Source of the DNA: Eledone cirrhosa
Taxonomy: Eukaryota
NCBI GenBank assembly: GCA_964016885.1
Contig: OZ024740.1
Span: 380,494,001 to 380,558,000, forward strand
Direction: 5' to 3'
Length of the DNA stretch: 64,000 bases
How positions within the stretch are numbered: the stretch's first letter is position 1; each line of letters begins with the position of its first letter. Below are positions 1 through 13,728 of the stretch, one piece after another. The position numbers and the translations under genes are program-made. The notes below the pieces were generated by a model. It searched no databases, was not told where the DNA came from, and worked only from the letters and a program-made list of their open reading frames with translations.

Positions 1-86
1 GTAAACACACAGACAAACCGGTTTTTAGAGTCATACTGGTTTTTGAGGAAACACCTCTCCTCTATTCTACAGAAAGCCAGACAAGG

Positions 87-131
87 AATATTGAACTAGT
101 TTCGTTGTTGTTACAACTCATCAGCAATATT
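87..131 (-). ncRNA. Minimal type I hammerhead ribozyme (family E), probably in a PLE terminus
   Basis: Minus strand reads aatattg-CTGATGA-gttgt(aaca)acaac-GAAA-ctag-TT-caatatt: 7-bp stem I, 5-bp stem II, palindromic stem III, GUU triplet. Confidence 0.8.
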
Positions 132-556
132 TACCTATCTTCCGGCCTCTCTAGAGAATCGTAAAAGCACATATCGTTATATGCTTTTTCTATGAAAATT
201 AGTAGTGGGCAGACTAACTTGCATAGAGTGTGAGTAAGTACCGGTTCAACGGAGACGATAAAAACAAATAACGAAACGAAATTAAATTTCGTTTCGTTTG
301 TAACTCACTTTTGTATGACTGACGCTTAAACAATTAAGTTAAAGATGTACATCCATATATGTATACTGAAATACTAGTATGTATATGAATACACACACGT
401 ATACATATGTAGGTGTACCAAGTTTTTTTCACTGGTCACTTTACTGTGAGTGGCCAGCTATTCTTTAACTTAATTATATATATATATATTTATATATATA
501 TATATTTATATATTTATATATATATAGATTTATATATATATATATTTATATATATT

Positions 557-587
<31 letters not shown>

Positions 588-594
588 ATATATT

Positions 595-625
<31 letters not shown>

Positions 626-694
626 ATATTTATTTATATATATATATATATTTATTTATATATATATATATTTATATTTAAATATATATATATA

Positions 695-761
<67 letters not shown>

Positions 762-767
<6 letters not shown>

Positions 768-789
768 AATCTCATCTATATTAAAACTA

Positions 790-826
<37 letters not shown>

Positions 827-898
827 AATCTCATCTATATTAAAACTATATTTATATATATATATATATATAGTTAGAATCTCATCTATATTAAAACT
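762..898 (+). repeat. Three 27-bp micro-inserts (762-788, 821-847, 872-898) derived from the family C PLE terminus
   Basis: agt+TAGAATCTCATCTATATTAAAACT; the capitalised part is identical to 23862-23885. Copies are separated by (TA)n. Confidence 0.85.
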
Positions 899-939
899 AT
901 ATATATATATATATATTTCTATATATAGAGAGAGAGAAA

Positions 940-1147
940 TGAGACGTAGAACCAAACTCTCAAACCAGTTGAATAATCAGCAAACCAAAAACAAGGAATC
1001 CTATTTGAAATGTGCATTACTTGGCACCGAGATTGCACTCAAGCTTTCCCATAACAATGAGAGGGCAAAGAAAGAGAACAGGGCCATAGAAAACATTAAA
1101 ACAAACCCTAAGGCCTTCTTTAAATTTGCAAAAGAAACTGCCTCATT
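940..1147 (+). mobile_element. CR1-group LINE ORF2 fragment (EN-RT linker)
   Basis: Translates ...[18 protein letters not shown], resembling the IKxNPKxF(F/Y) linker motif of CR1-group LINEs. Confidence 0.6.
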
Positions 1148-1269
<122 letters not shown>

Positions 1270-1285
1270 TATATATATATATATT

Positions 1286-1320
<35 letters not shown>

Positions 1321-1329
1321 GTATTTATA

Positions 1330-1398
<69 letters not shown>

Positions 1399-1400
1399 AT

Positions 1401-1575
1401 TTCCCTGGATTTCACTTAATTCTGTGGATGAATTTATATCCTGATTCTCTTTAAGATGAGTTTAAATTATTTTTCCCACATCTTACGTTAACTATTTTTC
1501 CCATTTTGACGCTATAGTCACTTATATACTATGGAATGCTGTTCGCTTTTCGCTGCAGTGTTTTCTATACCTTTC

Positions 1576-1580
<5 letters not shown>
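1401..1580 (+). repeat. About 180-bp dispersed repeat in (TA)n, copy 1
   Basis: Nearly identical to 17841-18020. Confidence 0.85.
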
Positions 1581-1647
<67 letters not shown>

Positions 1648-1790
1648 ATTTATATATATATATATTTATTTATATTTTTATATATATATATATTTATTTA
1701 TATTTATATATATATATATATTTATACATATATATTTTTATATATATTTTTATATATATATATATTTATATATATATATTTTTATATATT

Positions 1791-1823
<33 letters not shown>

Positions 1824-2010
1824 ATTTTTATATATTTATATATATATATATTTATATATATTTATATATATATATATATTTATATATATGTATTTTTATA
1901 TATATATATTTTTATATATTTATATATATATATATTTATATATATTTATATATATATATATATTTATATATATGTATTTTTATATATATATATTTTTATA
2001 TATATATATT

Positions 2011-2043
<33 letters not shown>

Positions 2044-2096
2044 ATGTTTATATATATATATTTTTATTTATATATAAATTTATATATATATATATT

Positions 2097-2127
<31 letters not shown>

Positions 2128-2128
2128 T

Positions 2129-2163
<35 letters not shown>

Positions 2164-2171
2164 ATATATAT

Positions 2172-2714
2172 ATGTTTTTCATATATATTTACCTAACCTG
2201 CGATTATCTGTTTCTCTCTTTCTCTCTTACTGCTCCCCCGTTCTCTCTGTTTCTCTTACCTTCTTTCGTCCCCTCTGTCAGTTAACACTTTCTCTCGACT
2301 GACCTCTTCCTCGCACTTCCACTCACTCGCTCTCTGTTTCTCCTCTTCTCACTGCCTCCCGTTCGCTAGTAGTGGCGTTCCTTCTTTCTCACACCGCATT
2401 CACGGCGTACGGTCTGCTTCTCTGATCGCTCATGAAATTCACCCAGCTTATGCTGATCGGATAACTATCATGATTGCTTGCTGTTTTCCCAGCCTTCGGT
2501 TTGCTTTTCCTTCTGTTGTTTACTTGTCTCACTCGCTTTACGCGTTTCACTTGTCCCAATAGCTTATTTTAGTTATTGCTCGCACCAACCTGAGGTATCT
2601 GATTATTAATGCGATGAAATACCAATGATGGTTGGCAAATCACTGACGAGGGACTAATTTTATAATATCTAATCCATGTGCAACCATGCAGTATTCTTCT
2701 CCCCATGTTTTTCA
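2172..2714 (+). mobile_element. About 540-bp non-coding element (family H), copy 1 of 3
   Basis: Highly similar to 4818-5360 and 25188-25752. Begins and ends with atgtttttcatata. Confidence 0.8.
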
Positions 2715-2744
2715 TATATATATATATATTTATATATATATAAA

Positions 2745-2789
<45 letters not shown>

Positions 2790-2848
2790 ATTTATATATA
2801 TATATATTTATATATATATTTATATATATATTAATATATATATATATT

Positions 2849-2882
<34 letters not shown>

Positions 2883-2888
2883 TATATA

Positions 2889-3167
2889 TACGATATTAAA
2901 CAAATGGAAACTATATTTATAAAACCATATTTATTTCATTATATATATTTCAGGGATATCATATTAAAAATATGGTATGCCTTCCTCAGACAAAATACAA
3001 TATATAAACCGTTTTATAAATAAATTTGACATACCTTAAACATTACAACTTCCATTTAAAAAGTTGTTGAGTGCTTTTATATCATTTAAAAACTTGTTGA
3101 GTGCTTTTATATCAGTTATAAAATATTTACTCGTTGTAACCCAACAATTTTAAATAAAACTTTTGCA
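2889..3167. mobile_element. Short inverted PLE family A terminal insertion with HHR (2932-2997, -)
   Basis: Matches the 3' end of the 10.1-13.9 kb PLE. Minus arm is tailless, plus arm is tailed; a 30-bp tandem duplication sits at the junction. Confidence 0.85.
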
Positions 3168-3183
3168 TATATTTATATATATA

Positions 3184-3247
<64 letters not shown>

Positions 3248-3261
3248 TATATATATATATT

Positions 3262-3339
<78 letters not shown>

Positions 3340-3378
3340 ATATATATATATATTTATATATTTATATATATATATATT

Positions 3379-3415
<37 letters not shown>

Positions 3416-3430
3416 ATATATTTATATATT

Positions 3431-3511
<81 letters not shown>

Positions 3512-3552
3512 ATTTATATATATATATATATATATATTTTTATATATATATT

Positions 3553-3607
<55 letters not shown>

Positions 3608-3618
3608 ATATATATTTT

Positions 3619-3669
<51 letters not shown>

Positions 3670-3758
3670 ATATATTTTTATATATATATATATTTTTTTT
3701 TATATATATATATATATTTATCTATCTATATATATATATTTTTATATATATATATGTA

Positions 3759-4306
3759 TGTAGATAAATCTACCAAGAGTTTACGGTAGTGTCCAATCCG
3801 TATGAAGAACTCAATGTAATCTGGATATCATGGAAAGAAGAGATGCAATGAAAAATCACTTTCGGTGAAAGATAAACGGAATACAGAGTCAAGATAAAAT
3901 ATTTAAAAAATAATGAATAAAACAATGAAACAGTTCCTTATATTAAACAAAAAAAGTTCATTATTTAACGATCGTTTCTAGGATATATATGTGTTAGAAT
4001 TGGCATGCATATTCAACAGATCTATGTACAAAATTATACAAAATTATACAAACTATCAAAATTAAATATACATACCAAACACATATATATGCCGTCTTCA
4101 GAAATTTCTGAAGACGGCATATATATGTGTTTGGTATGTATATTTAATTTTGATAGTTTGTATAATTTTGTATAATTTTGTACATAGATCTGTTGAATAT
4201 GCATGCCAATTCTAACACATATATATCCTAGAAACGATCGTTAAATAATGAACTTTTTTTGTTTAATATAAGGAACTGTTTCATTGTTTTATTCATTATT
4301 TTTTTA

Positions 4307-4315
<9 letters not shown>
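3759..4315. mobile_element. Palindromic PLE-like terminal insertion (family D) with two long-stem-II HHRs (3963-4105 -, 4104-4246 +)
   Basis: Fold-back centred at 4104/4105 with arms of about 210 bp. Core CTGAAGA...GAAA-cgatcg-TT. Homologous to 26102-26454. Confidence 0.75.
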
Positions 4316-4355
<40 letters not shown>

Positions 4356-4376
4356 ATATATTTTTTTTTATATATA

Positions 4377-4419
<43 letters not shown>

Positions 4420-4420
4420 T

Positions 4421-4476
<56 letters not shown>

Positions 4477-4564
4477 TATTTATATATATTTATATATATA
4501 TATTTATTTATATATATTTTTATATATATATTTATATATATATATATTTATATATATATATATT

Positions 4565-4639
<75 letters not shown>

Positions 4640-4664
4640 TTATATATATTGTTATATATATATT

Positions 4665-4735
<71 letters not shown>

Positions 4736-4780
4736 TTATATATATTTTTATATATATATTTATATATATATATATATTTT

Positions 4781-4811
<31 letters not shown>

Positions 4812-4817
4812 ATATAT

Positions 4818-5355
4818 ATGTTTTTCATATATATTTACCTAAACTGTGATTATCTGTTTCCCTCTTTCTCTCTTAATGCTCCCCCGTTCTCTCTGTTTCT
4901 CTTACCTTCTTTCGTCCCCTCTGTCAGTTAACACTTTCTCTCGGCTGACCTCTTCCTCGCACTTCCACTCATTCGCTCTCTGTTTCTCCCCTTCTCACTT
5001 CCTCCCGTTCGCTAGTAGTGGGGTTCCTTCTTTCTCACACCGCAATCACGGCGTACGGTCTGCTTCTCTGACCGCTCATGAAATTCACCCAGTTTATGCT
5101 GATCGGATAACTATCATGATTGCTTGCTGTTTTCCCAACCTCCGGTTTGCTTTTCCTTCTGTTGTTTACTTGTCTCACTCGCTTTACGCGTTTCACTTGT
5201 CCCAATAGCTTATTTTAGTTATTGGTTGCACCAACCTGAGGTATCTGATTTTTAATGCGATGAAATACCAATGATGGTTGGCAAATCACTGATGAGGGAC
5301 TAATTTTATAATATGTAATCCATGTGCAACCATGCAGTATTCTTCTCCCCATGTC

Positions 5356-5360
<5 letters not shown>
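4818..5360 (+). mobile_element. Family H element, copy 2
   Basis: Similar to 2172-2714. Confidence 0.8.
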
Positions 5361-5440
<80 letters not shown>

Positions 5441-5466
5441 TTATATATATTTATATATATATATAT

Positions 5467-6962
5467 TTTGGATTTAATGCTCTGAAATAGCGATATATAT
5501 GTGAAGAAAAACATAGAATATTCGAGAATATTCTGTATGTTTATAATAAACATTTTGAAGACCTAATCGCTATAGAATAGAATACGTCACGTATTACAAT
5601 TTGAGATTCTCGATAAAAGCAAGGGAAGTAACCTACGCGTTTCATTCTTATTTGAAATCATCAGGATTACATATCCAATGCTTTTATCGAGAATGACACA
5701 GCTAGAGACTTATAGAATACTTAGCTGTGTACAGGAACTGGTTTGAAAGAGCGGTTGCCGGTCCGGCAGAAATTAGAATTTGGATTTAATGCTCTGAAAT
5801 AGCGATATATATGTGAAGAATAACATAGAATATTCGAGAATATTCTGTATGTTTATAATAAACATTTTGAAGACCTAATCGCTATAGAATAGAATACGTC
5901 ACGTATTACAATTTGAGATTCTCGATAAAAGCAAGGGAAGTAACCTACGCGTTTCATTCTTATTTGAAATCATCAGGATTACATATCCAATGCTTTTATC
6001 GAGAATGACACAGCTAGAGACTTATAGAATACTTAGCTGTGTACAGGAACTGGTTTGAAAGAGCGGTTGCCGGTCCGGCAGAAATTAGAATTTGGATTTA
6101 ATGCTCTGAAATAGCGATATATATGTGAAGAAAAACATAGAATATTCGAGAATATTCTGTATGTTTATAATAAACATTTTGAAGACCTAATCGCTATAGA
6201 ATAGAATACGTCACGTATTACAATTTGAGATTCTCGATAAAAGCAAGGGAAGTAACCTACGCGTTTCATTCTTATTTGAAATCATCAGGATTATTATAAA
6301 CATACAGAATATTCTCGAATATTCTATGTTTTTCTTCACATATATATCGCTATTTCAGAGCATTAAATCCAAATTCTAATTTCTGCCGGACCGGCAACCG
6401 CTCTTTCAAACCAGTTCCTGTACACAGCTAAGTATTCTATAAGTCTCTAGCTGTGTCATTCTCGATAAAAGCATTGGATATGTAATCCTGATGATTTCAA
6501 ATAAGAATGAAACGCGTAGGTTACTTCCCTTGCTTTTATCGAGAATCTCAAATTGTAATACGTGACGTATTCTATTCTATAGCGATTAGGTCTTCAAAAT
6601 GTTTATTATAAACATACAGAATATTCTCGAATATTCTATGTTTTTCTTCACATATATATCGCTATTTCAGAGCATTAAATCCAAATTCTAATTTCTACCG
6701 GACCGGCAACCGCTCTTTCAAACAAGTTCCTGTACACAGCTAAGTATTCTATAAGTCTCTAGCTGTGTCATTCTCGATAAAAGCATTGGATATGTAATCC
6801 TGATGATTTCAAATAAGAATGAAACGCGTAGGTTACTTCCCTTGCTTTTATCGAGAATCTCAAATTGTAATACGTGACGTATTCTATTCTATAGCGATTA
6901 GGTCTTCAAAATGTTTATTATAAACATACAGAATATTCTCGAATACTCTATGTTTTTCTTCA
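5467..6962. mobile_element. 312-bp tandem/inverted array with one HHR per unit (retrozyme-like or multimerised PLE pseudo-LTR; family B)
   Basis: Units start at 5467, 5779 and 6091; inverted units start at 6291, 6603 and 6915. HHRs at 5628-5670, 5940-5982, 6252-6293 (-) and 6482-6524, 6794-6836 (+). Confidence 0.9.
6482..6524 (+). ncRNA. Minimal type I hammerhead ribozyme (family B representative)
   Basis: gtaatc-CTGATGA-tttc(aaataa)gaat-GAAA-cgcg-TA-ggttac. Stem I is extended by a 16-bp perfect helix, 6458-6473 with 6531-6546. Confidence 0.88.
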
Positions 6963-7036
6963 TATATATATATATATATATATTTATATATTTATATATA
7001 TATATATTTATATATATATATATTTATTTATATATA

Positions 7037-7089
<53 letters not shown>

Positions 7090-7172
7090 ATTTATTTATA
7101 TATATATTTATATATATATATATTTATATATATATATATTTATATATATATATATTTATATATATATATATT

Positions 7173-7203
<31 letters not shown>

Positions 7204-8664
7204 ATTTATATATACAATATTAAATAAATGGAAGCTATATTTATAAAACCATATTTATTTCATTATATATATTTCAGGGATATCATATTAACAATATGCT
7301 ATGCCTTCCTCAGACAAATTACAATATAAACAGTTTTATAGATAAATAGATTTGACATACCGTAACAACATCGACTTGTATTTGAAAAGTTGAATTGGCA
7401 GTGAAAAAAATTGTACACAGAGAGAAAGAAAGAGAGAAAAAAAGGAAAGAAAGACAGAAAACGAAGAAAAAGAAGAAACAAGAAGAAATGCATGGAACAA
7501 AATAGAGAGATGGAAAGATAGATAAAGAGAAGAACTTCATGTAAAGAAACAGAGATATATATATATATAGAGAGAGAGGAAATAGAGATAGATATATATA
7601 TATAGAAAACTAGGTAGTGGGACGTCCGTTGAGTAAACGTATCAATGATACATTTATTTATTTATTTATTTATTTATTTAGCTCTAGTATTAATGTAAGG
7701 GGGATATATGTGGTTAGGAGAGAAACCAGCTGTTATATAGAGAGAAAAATTAAAAATAACCAGACATAGGCGAGGCATAAAAACCCTATGTTTTAATGTA
7801 GAGGTATTAGTATGTATAAAAACCAGCCACTATATTGTAAATATCAGTATTCCTGAATGAGACATGTATCCATAATGTGTGAAAAGTAATGATCTTATGT
7901 TTAGTTTTTTTTTTAAATTCATATGTTTATGTGATAACTACAAACATCTATGTGAATTTACATGATCAACTCTGCAAACCCTAAGTTCACGGAAAACATT
8001 CTCATTGTGCTATAAACATTTAAGTATACATATATGTGTATATATATACACACAAATATATATATAGTCAATATTACTACTATTCCTGTCTTTACTCTAC
8101 AAGATTATCTATCAAGCAGAAATAGAGAGCAGATTTCAATATACTAATAAAAATATATATCAGAAACAAAACCAAAAAATAACAATAATAATAATAATAA
8201 GTAATAATAAAATAGAAAACTAAAAAATATTACGAAAGAATATTACATATTAAAAATATTACATATTAAAAATATTAAAAATAAAAATATTAGAAAATAC
8301 TACAATAATAAAAATAAACCACAAAGATCAACCCTTCAAAATTAATTGACAATATATTGCCAAGTTCATTATAAGCATCAGAGTCGAAAAACAGATAAAG
8401 CCAAAAATTATTTATCAAATCGCATCTAGCAAAGATCATTTCAAAAAGTTTAGGATGCCCATTTGGTCTACATGTGTTCTTATATTTAATATAGAAGTTT
8501 ATCTAGTGTAACGTTTATTCGAAATATTTGGAGCATCAACTTTTAGGGTAGCTTAATTTTTCATGAAGAATGTTTAAATAAAAATAAAAATAAAAAGAAT
8601 AAAAAGAAGAAATCAAAGATTTATCGGCTAGTTTCCCATATAATTATAAATCAAACTAAATATA

Positions 8665-10025
8665 CTACATTTTAAATTTAAATTTATATTTAAACGTTGA
8701 GTTTAATCTATGTTTGCAGCAACTGAATAAATTTGTCCGTAGATTAAGGGAATTTTTAGATTTTAGTATAAAGAATATCTCCTCTGCGCAGAGGTCACAT
8801 GTCTCAGAGGATGAATTAAAAGGAATCCCTCTTGAGACTATATTCCAAGCCGTCGAATATCTAACGTTATCTAGCTTAAGTTGCCAGAGTACGCCTGATA
8901 GTGCCGTTGAAGATTTTTTGCTTGGATCTGTGAAAGAATTCTTGTGGTTATTATAGCGAAGTTTAAATTCCGTCGATGTGGAACCGACGTAGTTAAAAGA
9001 ATTAGAGTCAGTTTTAACATTACAATTGTATACTATATTTTTAACTAAGCAGTTGTTATTTAACGGACATTTAGATCTATCTCTACAGTTACATTTGTTA
9101 ACTTGTATATTATTTATGCTATTATCACTAGGTTTTAAGTTCCTATTATTTATTCTATTAATATTTTGTGCTAAATTTTTGGTGGATGAGTAGGTTAATT
9201 TTATTGTATGTCTATTGAAAATTGAGTGATACCTATGTGTTCTAGGGAAGCGATTATCAAGAGCTTTAAAAAATAGTTTAGCGATGTGGGTTTTAATGTT
9301 TAGTGAGAAAGGGGGGGCAAACCAAATTATGTTCCTAGTTCTATTTCTTTTTTGGCCTTTGGAATTATTGTAATGCTTTCTATTATAGTTGTTAAGGTTG
9401 TTGCCGTAATTAAAATAGTTGTTATTTTGTTTAGTTTGTCTATCATTATCTATGTACATAATCTTATCAGCATATCCTGCTCTAGCTAATGCTTCATTGT
9501 AGTATTGGGCTTTTTCGTCGAAAATCTTTCTATTCGACGAGATCCTAGAGATACGTTTTTGAACAGAGTTTACTATAGTGTTTTTGACAGATCTGGGGTG
9601 GTTAGAGTTAAAGTTGACATAGTTTAAGTTTTCATTCAACTTGTGAAAAGGATAGTGAAGACATGTGTTGAGATTTAATGTTATATCTAGGAAATTGACT
9701 ATTCTATGGTTGTTCTCAATTTCTATTTTAAGATTAAAGTAATTAAAAAATTGTGTAATTTGTTTACATTTTCTATTTAGTTCAGAGTTATTATTATCAA
9801 TAAGTAAAAGCATGTCATCTCTATATAAACCTCCGGTAGTACCAGGTATTTTCCTATGTAGCGAATTGATTAAAAATAAGCCCACAAGGTCAGTTACCTG
9901 AGCTGAGTCGGATGATCCCATAGTAATGTCAAAATTGCTATCTCTATCTGCTCTGGTCCATAGTTGGTCATTAAATTCTATCAAAGTTTTCCTAGCCGAT
10001 AATATAATATGCATTTCATTGCTAG
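8665..10025 (-). pseudogene. 5'-truncated inverted copy of the PLE RT/GIY-YIG ORF
   Basis: Translation is identical to the C-terminal 449 aa of the 10755-12320 ORF. Confidence 0.92.
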
Positions 10026-10101
10026 ATATTCCTGGCCTTTGAAGTTTCTCTTGAATTTGACCCCTTGTATGATAGAAATTATATCGTTTTCAAATGGAAA
10101 A

Positions 10102-12320
10102 ATGGAATTCTTTAAGATTACTTCCTCTTTAAAAGACATACATCTACCTAGAAACAAAGACTTTATAAAACAATTAATAGATAAATCTGACTCTTTTATA
10201 AGGAGAATCAGGTGGCGAGCATTCCACTTTGATAAATCTAATATAAATGAAAATGTCTCGGACTTAAACAAAGTTTTCAAATCTAAAAGAAATCCACCCC
10301 CTAACAAACTTTTATCTGACTTTGAAAACGATATAATTTCTATCATACAAGGGGTCAAATTCAAGAGAAACTTCAAAGGCCAGGAATATCTGAAAGGCAT
10401 TAAGGATAATATTGAGAGCTTAGAGAAAACTGAGAAGATCTTGGTGAAATCTGACAAGACCAACAACCTCTATGGAGTGCAGAAAGACATGTATAATGGC
10501 CTCATACTGAAGGAGCTGAGGAAAAAGTACAAGGTAGCAGATAAGGCCGAGCTTGAGAAAATGAATGTCGAAGCATCTTGTATAATGCACGAGTTGGAAA
10601 TTGAGAACAGAACACAACCTTTCGTGCCCAGGAAACCGAAGATCAATATGAAAGATCACAAGAGGAATTTTGAAAATGACTTGCCAGTTAGATTGATCGC
10701 ACCATCAAAATCGGACCTGGGCAAATTAAGTAAAGAAAAAACATTCTTGACAGGGTGATACAGCAAATTAAGAACTTGGATTGTTTATCTAACCTGAGCT
10801 TGTGGAAGGGAACTGGAGAGGTTGTTGAGTGGTTTAAGCAAATTAAATATAACAATAATAATAAGTTTATTCAACTTGATATTGCTAACTATTATTCTTC
10901 TATTACCCCTAATCTACTAAATAAGGCACTAAATTACGCATTCAAACATACTGACCTAACTAGCAATGAAATGCATATTATATTATCGGCTAGGAAAACT
11001 TTGATAGAATTTAATGACCAACTATGGACCAGAGCAGATAGAGATAGCAATTTTGACATTACTATGGGATCATCCGACTCAGCTCAGGTAACTGACCTTG
11101 TGGGCTTATTTTTAATCAATTCGCTACATAGGAAAATACCTGGTACTACCGGAGGTTTATATAGAGATGACATGCTTTTACTTATTGATAATAATAACTC
11201 TGAACTAAATAGAAAATGTAAACAAATTACACAATTTTTTAATTACTTTAATCTTAAAATAGAAATTGAGAACAACCATAGAATAGTCAATTTCCTAGAT
11301 ATAACATTAAATCTCAACACATGTCTTCACTATCCTTTTCACAAGTTGAATGAAAACTTAAACTATGTCAACTTTAACTCTAACCACCCCAGATCTGTCA
11401 AAAACACTATAGTAAACTCTGTTCAAAAACGTATCTCTAGGATCTCGTCGAATAGAAAGATTTTCGACGAAAAAGCCCAATACTACAATGAAGCATTAGC
11501 TAGAGCAGGATATGCTGATAAGATTATGTACATAGATAATGATAGACAAACTAAACAAAATAACAACTATTTTAATTACGGCAACAACCTTAACAACTAT
11601 AATAGAAAGCATTACAATAATTCCAAAGGCCAAAAAAGAAATAGAACTAGGAACATAATTTGGTTTGCCCCCCCTTTCTCACTAAACATTAAAACCCACA
11701 TCGCTAAACTATTTTTTAAAGCTCTTGATAATCGCTTCCCTAGAACACATAGGTATCACTCAATTTTCAATAGACATACAATAAAATTAACCTACTCATC
11801 CACCAAAAATTTAGCACAAAATATTAATAGAATAAATAATAGGAACTTAAAACCTAGTGATAATAGCATAAATAATATACAAGTTAACAAATGTAACTGT
11901 AGAGATAGATCTAAATGTCCGTTAAATAACAACTGCTTAGTTAAAAATATAGTATACAATTGTAATGTTAAAACTGACTCTAATTCTTTTAACTACGTCG
12001 GTTCCACATCGACGGAATTTAAACTTCGCTATAATAACCACAAGAATTCTTTCACAGATCCAAGCAAAAAATCTTCAACGGCACTATCAGGCGTACTCTG
12101 GCAACTTAAGCTAGATAACGTTAGATATTCGACGGCTTGGAATATAGTCTCAAGAGGGATTCCTTTTAATTCATCCTCTGAGACATGTGACCTCTGCGCA
12201 GAGGAGATATTCTTTATACTAAAATCTAAAAATTCCCTTAATCTACGGACAAATTTATTCAGTTGCTGCAAACATAGATTAAACTCAACGTTTAAATATA
12301 AATTTAAATTTAAAATGTAG
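10102..12320 (+). CDS. PLE reverse transcriptase + C-terminal GIY-YIG endonuclease, one frameshift near 10736-10741
   Basis: RT motifs QLDIANYYSSI, ITMGS and LYRDD; linker CNCx5CPx4C; endonuclease IVY...YVGST; C-terminal CDLC...CKHR. The N-terminal part (MEFFKIT...RRIRWRAF) is in the 10009-10758 frame. Confidence 0.9.
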
Positions 12321-13662
12321 TATATTTAGTTTGATTTATAATTATATGGGAAACTAGCCGATAAATCTTTGATTTCTTCTTTTTATTCTTTTTATTTTTA
12401 TTTTTATTTAAACATTCTTCATGAAAAATTAAGCTACCCTAAAAGTTGATGCTCCAAATATTTCGAATAAACGTTACACTAGATAAACTTCTATATTAAA
12501 TATAAGAACACATGTAGACCAAATGGGCATCCTAAACTTTTTGAAATGATCTTTGCTAGATGCGATTTGATAAATAATTTTTGGCTTTATCTGTTTTTCG
12601 ACTCTGATGCTTATAATGAACTTGGCAATATATTGTCAATTAATTTTGAAGGGTTGATCTTTGTGGTTTATTTTTATTATTGTAGTATTTTCTAATATTT
12701 TTATTTTTAATATTTTTAATATGTAATATTTTTAATATGTAATATTCTTTCGTAATATTTTTTAGTTTTCTATTTTATTATTACTTATTATTATTATTAT
12801 TGTTATTTTTTTGGTTTTGTTTCTGATATATATTTTTATTAGTATATTGAAATCTGCTCTCTATTTCTGCTTGATAGATAATCTTGTAGAGTAAAGACAG
12901 GAATAGTAGTAATATTGACTCTATATATATTTGTGTGTATATATATACACATATATGTATACTTAAATGTTTATAGCACAATGAGAATGTTTTCCGTGAA
13001 CTTAGGGTTTGCAGAGTTGATCATGTAAATTCACATAGATGTTTGTAGTTATCACATAAACATATGAATTTAAAAAAAAAACTAAACATAAGATCATTAC
13101 TTTTCACACATTATGGATACATGTCTCATTCAGGAATACTGATATTTACAATATAGTGGCTGGTTTTTATACATACTAATACCTCTACATTAAAACAGGG
13201 TTTTTATGCCTCGCCTATGTCTGGTTATTTTTAATTTTTCTCTCTATATAACAGCTGGTTTCTCTCCTAACCACATATATCCCCCTTACATTAATACTAG
13301 AGCTAAATAAATAAATAAATAAATAAATAAATGTATCATTGATACGTTTACTCAACGGACGTCCCACTACCTAGTTTTCTATATATATATATCTATCTCT
13401 ATTTCCTCTCTCTCTATATATATATATATCTCTGTTTCTTTACATGAAGTTCTTCTCTTTATCTATCTTTCCATCTCTCTATTTTGTTCCATGCATTTCT
13501 TCTTGTTTCTTCTTTTTCTTCGTTTTCTGTCTTTCTTTCCTTTTTTTCTCTCTTTCTTTCTCTCTGTGTACAATTTTTTTCACTGCCAATTCAACTTTTC
13601 AAATACAAGTCGATGTTGTTACGGTATGTCAAATCTATTTATCTATAAAACTGTTTATATTG

Positions 13663-13728
13663 TATTTTGTCTGAGGAAGGCATAGCATATTGTTAATATG
13701 ATATCTCTGAAATATATATAATGAAATA
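13663..13728 (+). ncRNA. Type I hammerhead ribozyme in the PLE family A 3' region (representative of 9 copies)
   Basis: tattttgt-CTGAGGA-agg..catatt(gtt)aatatg..tct-GAAA-tatata-TA-atgaaata. Other copies start at 2932, 7256, 19025, 19240, 19548, 23433, 26550 and 28386. Confidence 0.8.

Noticed and set aside
762-898. CRISPR-like repeat-spacer pattern
   Set aside because: Spacers are plain (TA)n, the context is eukaryotic, no cas genes are present, and the repeat derives from a PLE terminus.
2600-2700. HHR in family H (CTGACGA at 2643)
   Set aside because: No suitably placed GAAA, stem III and UH in type I, II or III topology.
12604-12625. CTGATGC...GAAC in the PLE 3' UTR as a second HHR
   Set aside because: Both core segments deviate and are not conserved in subfamily 2.
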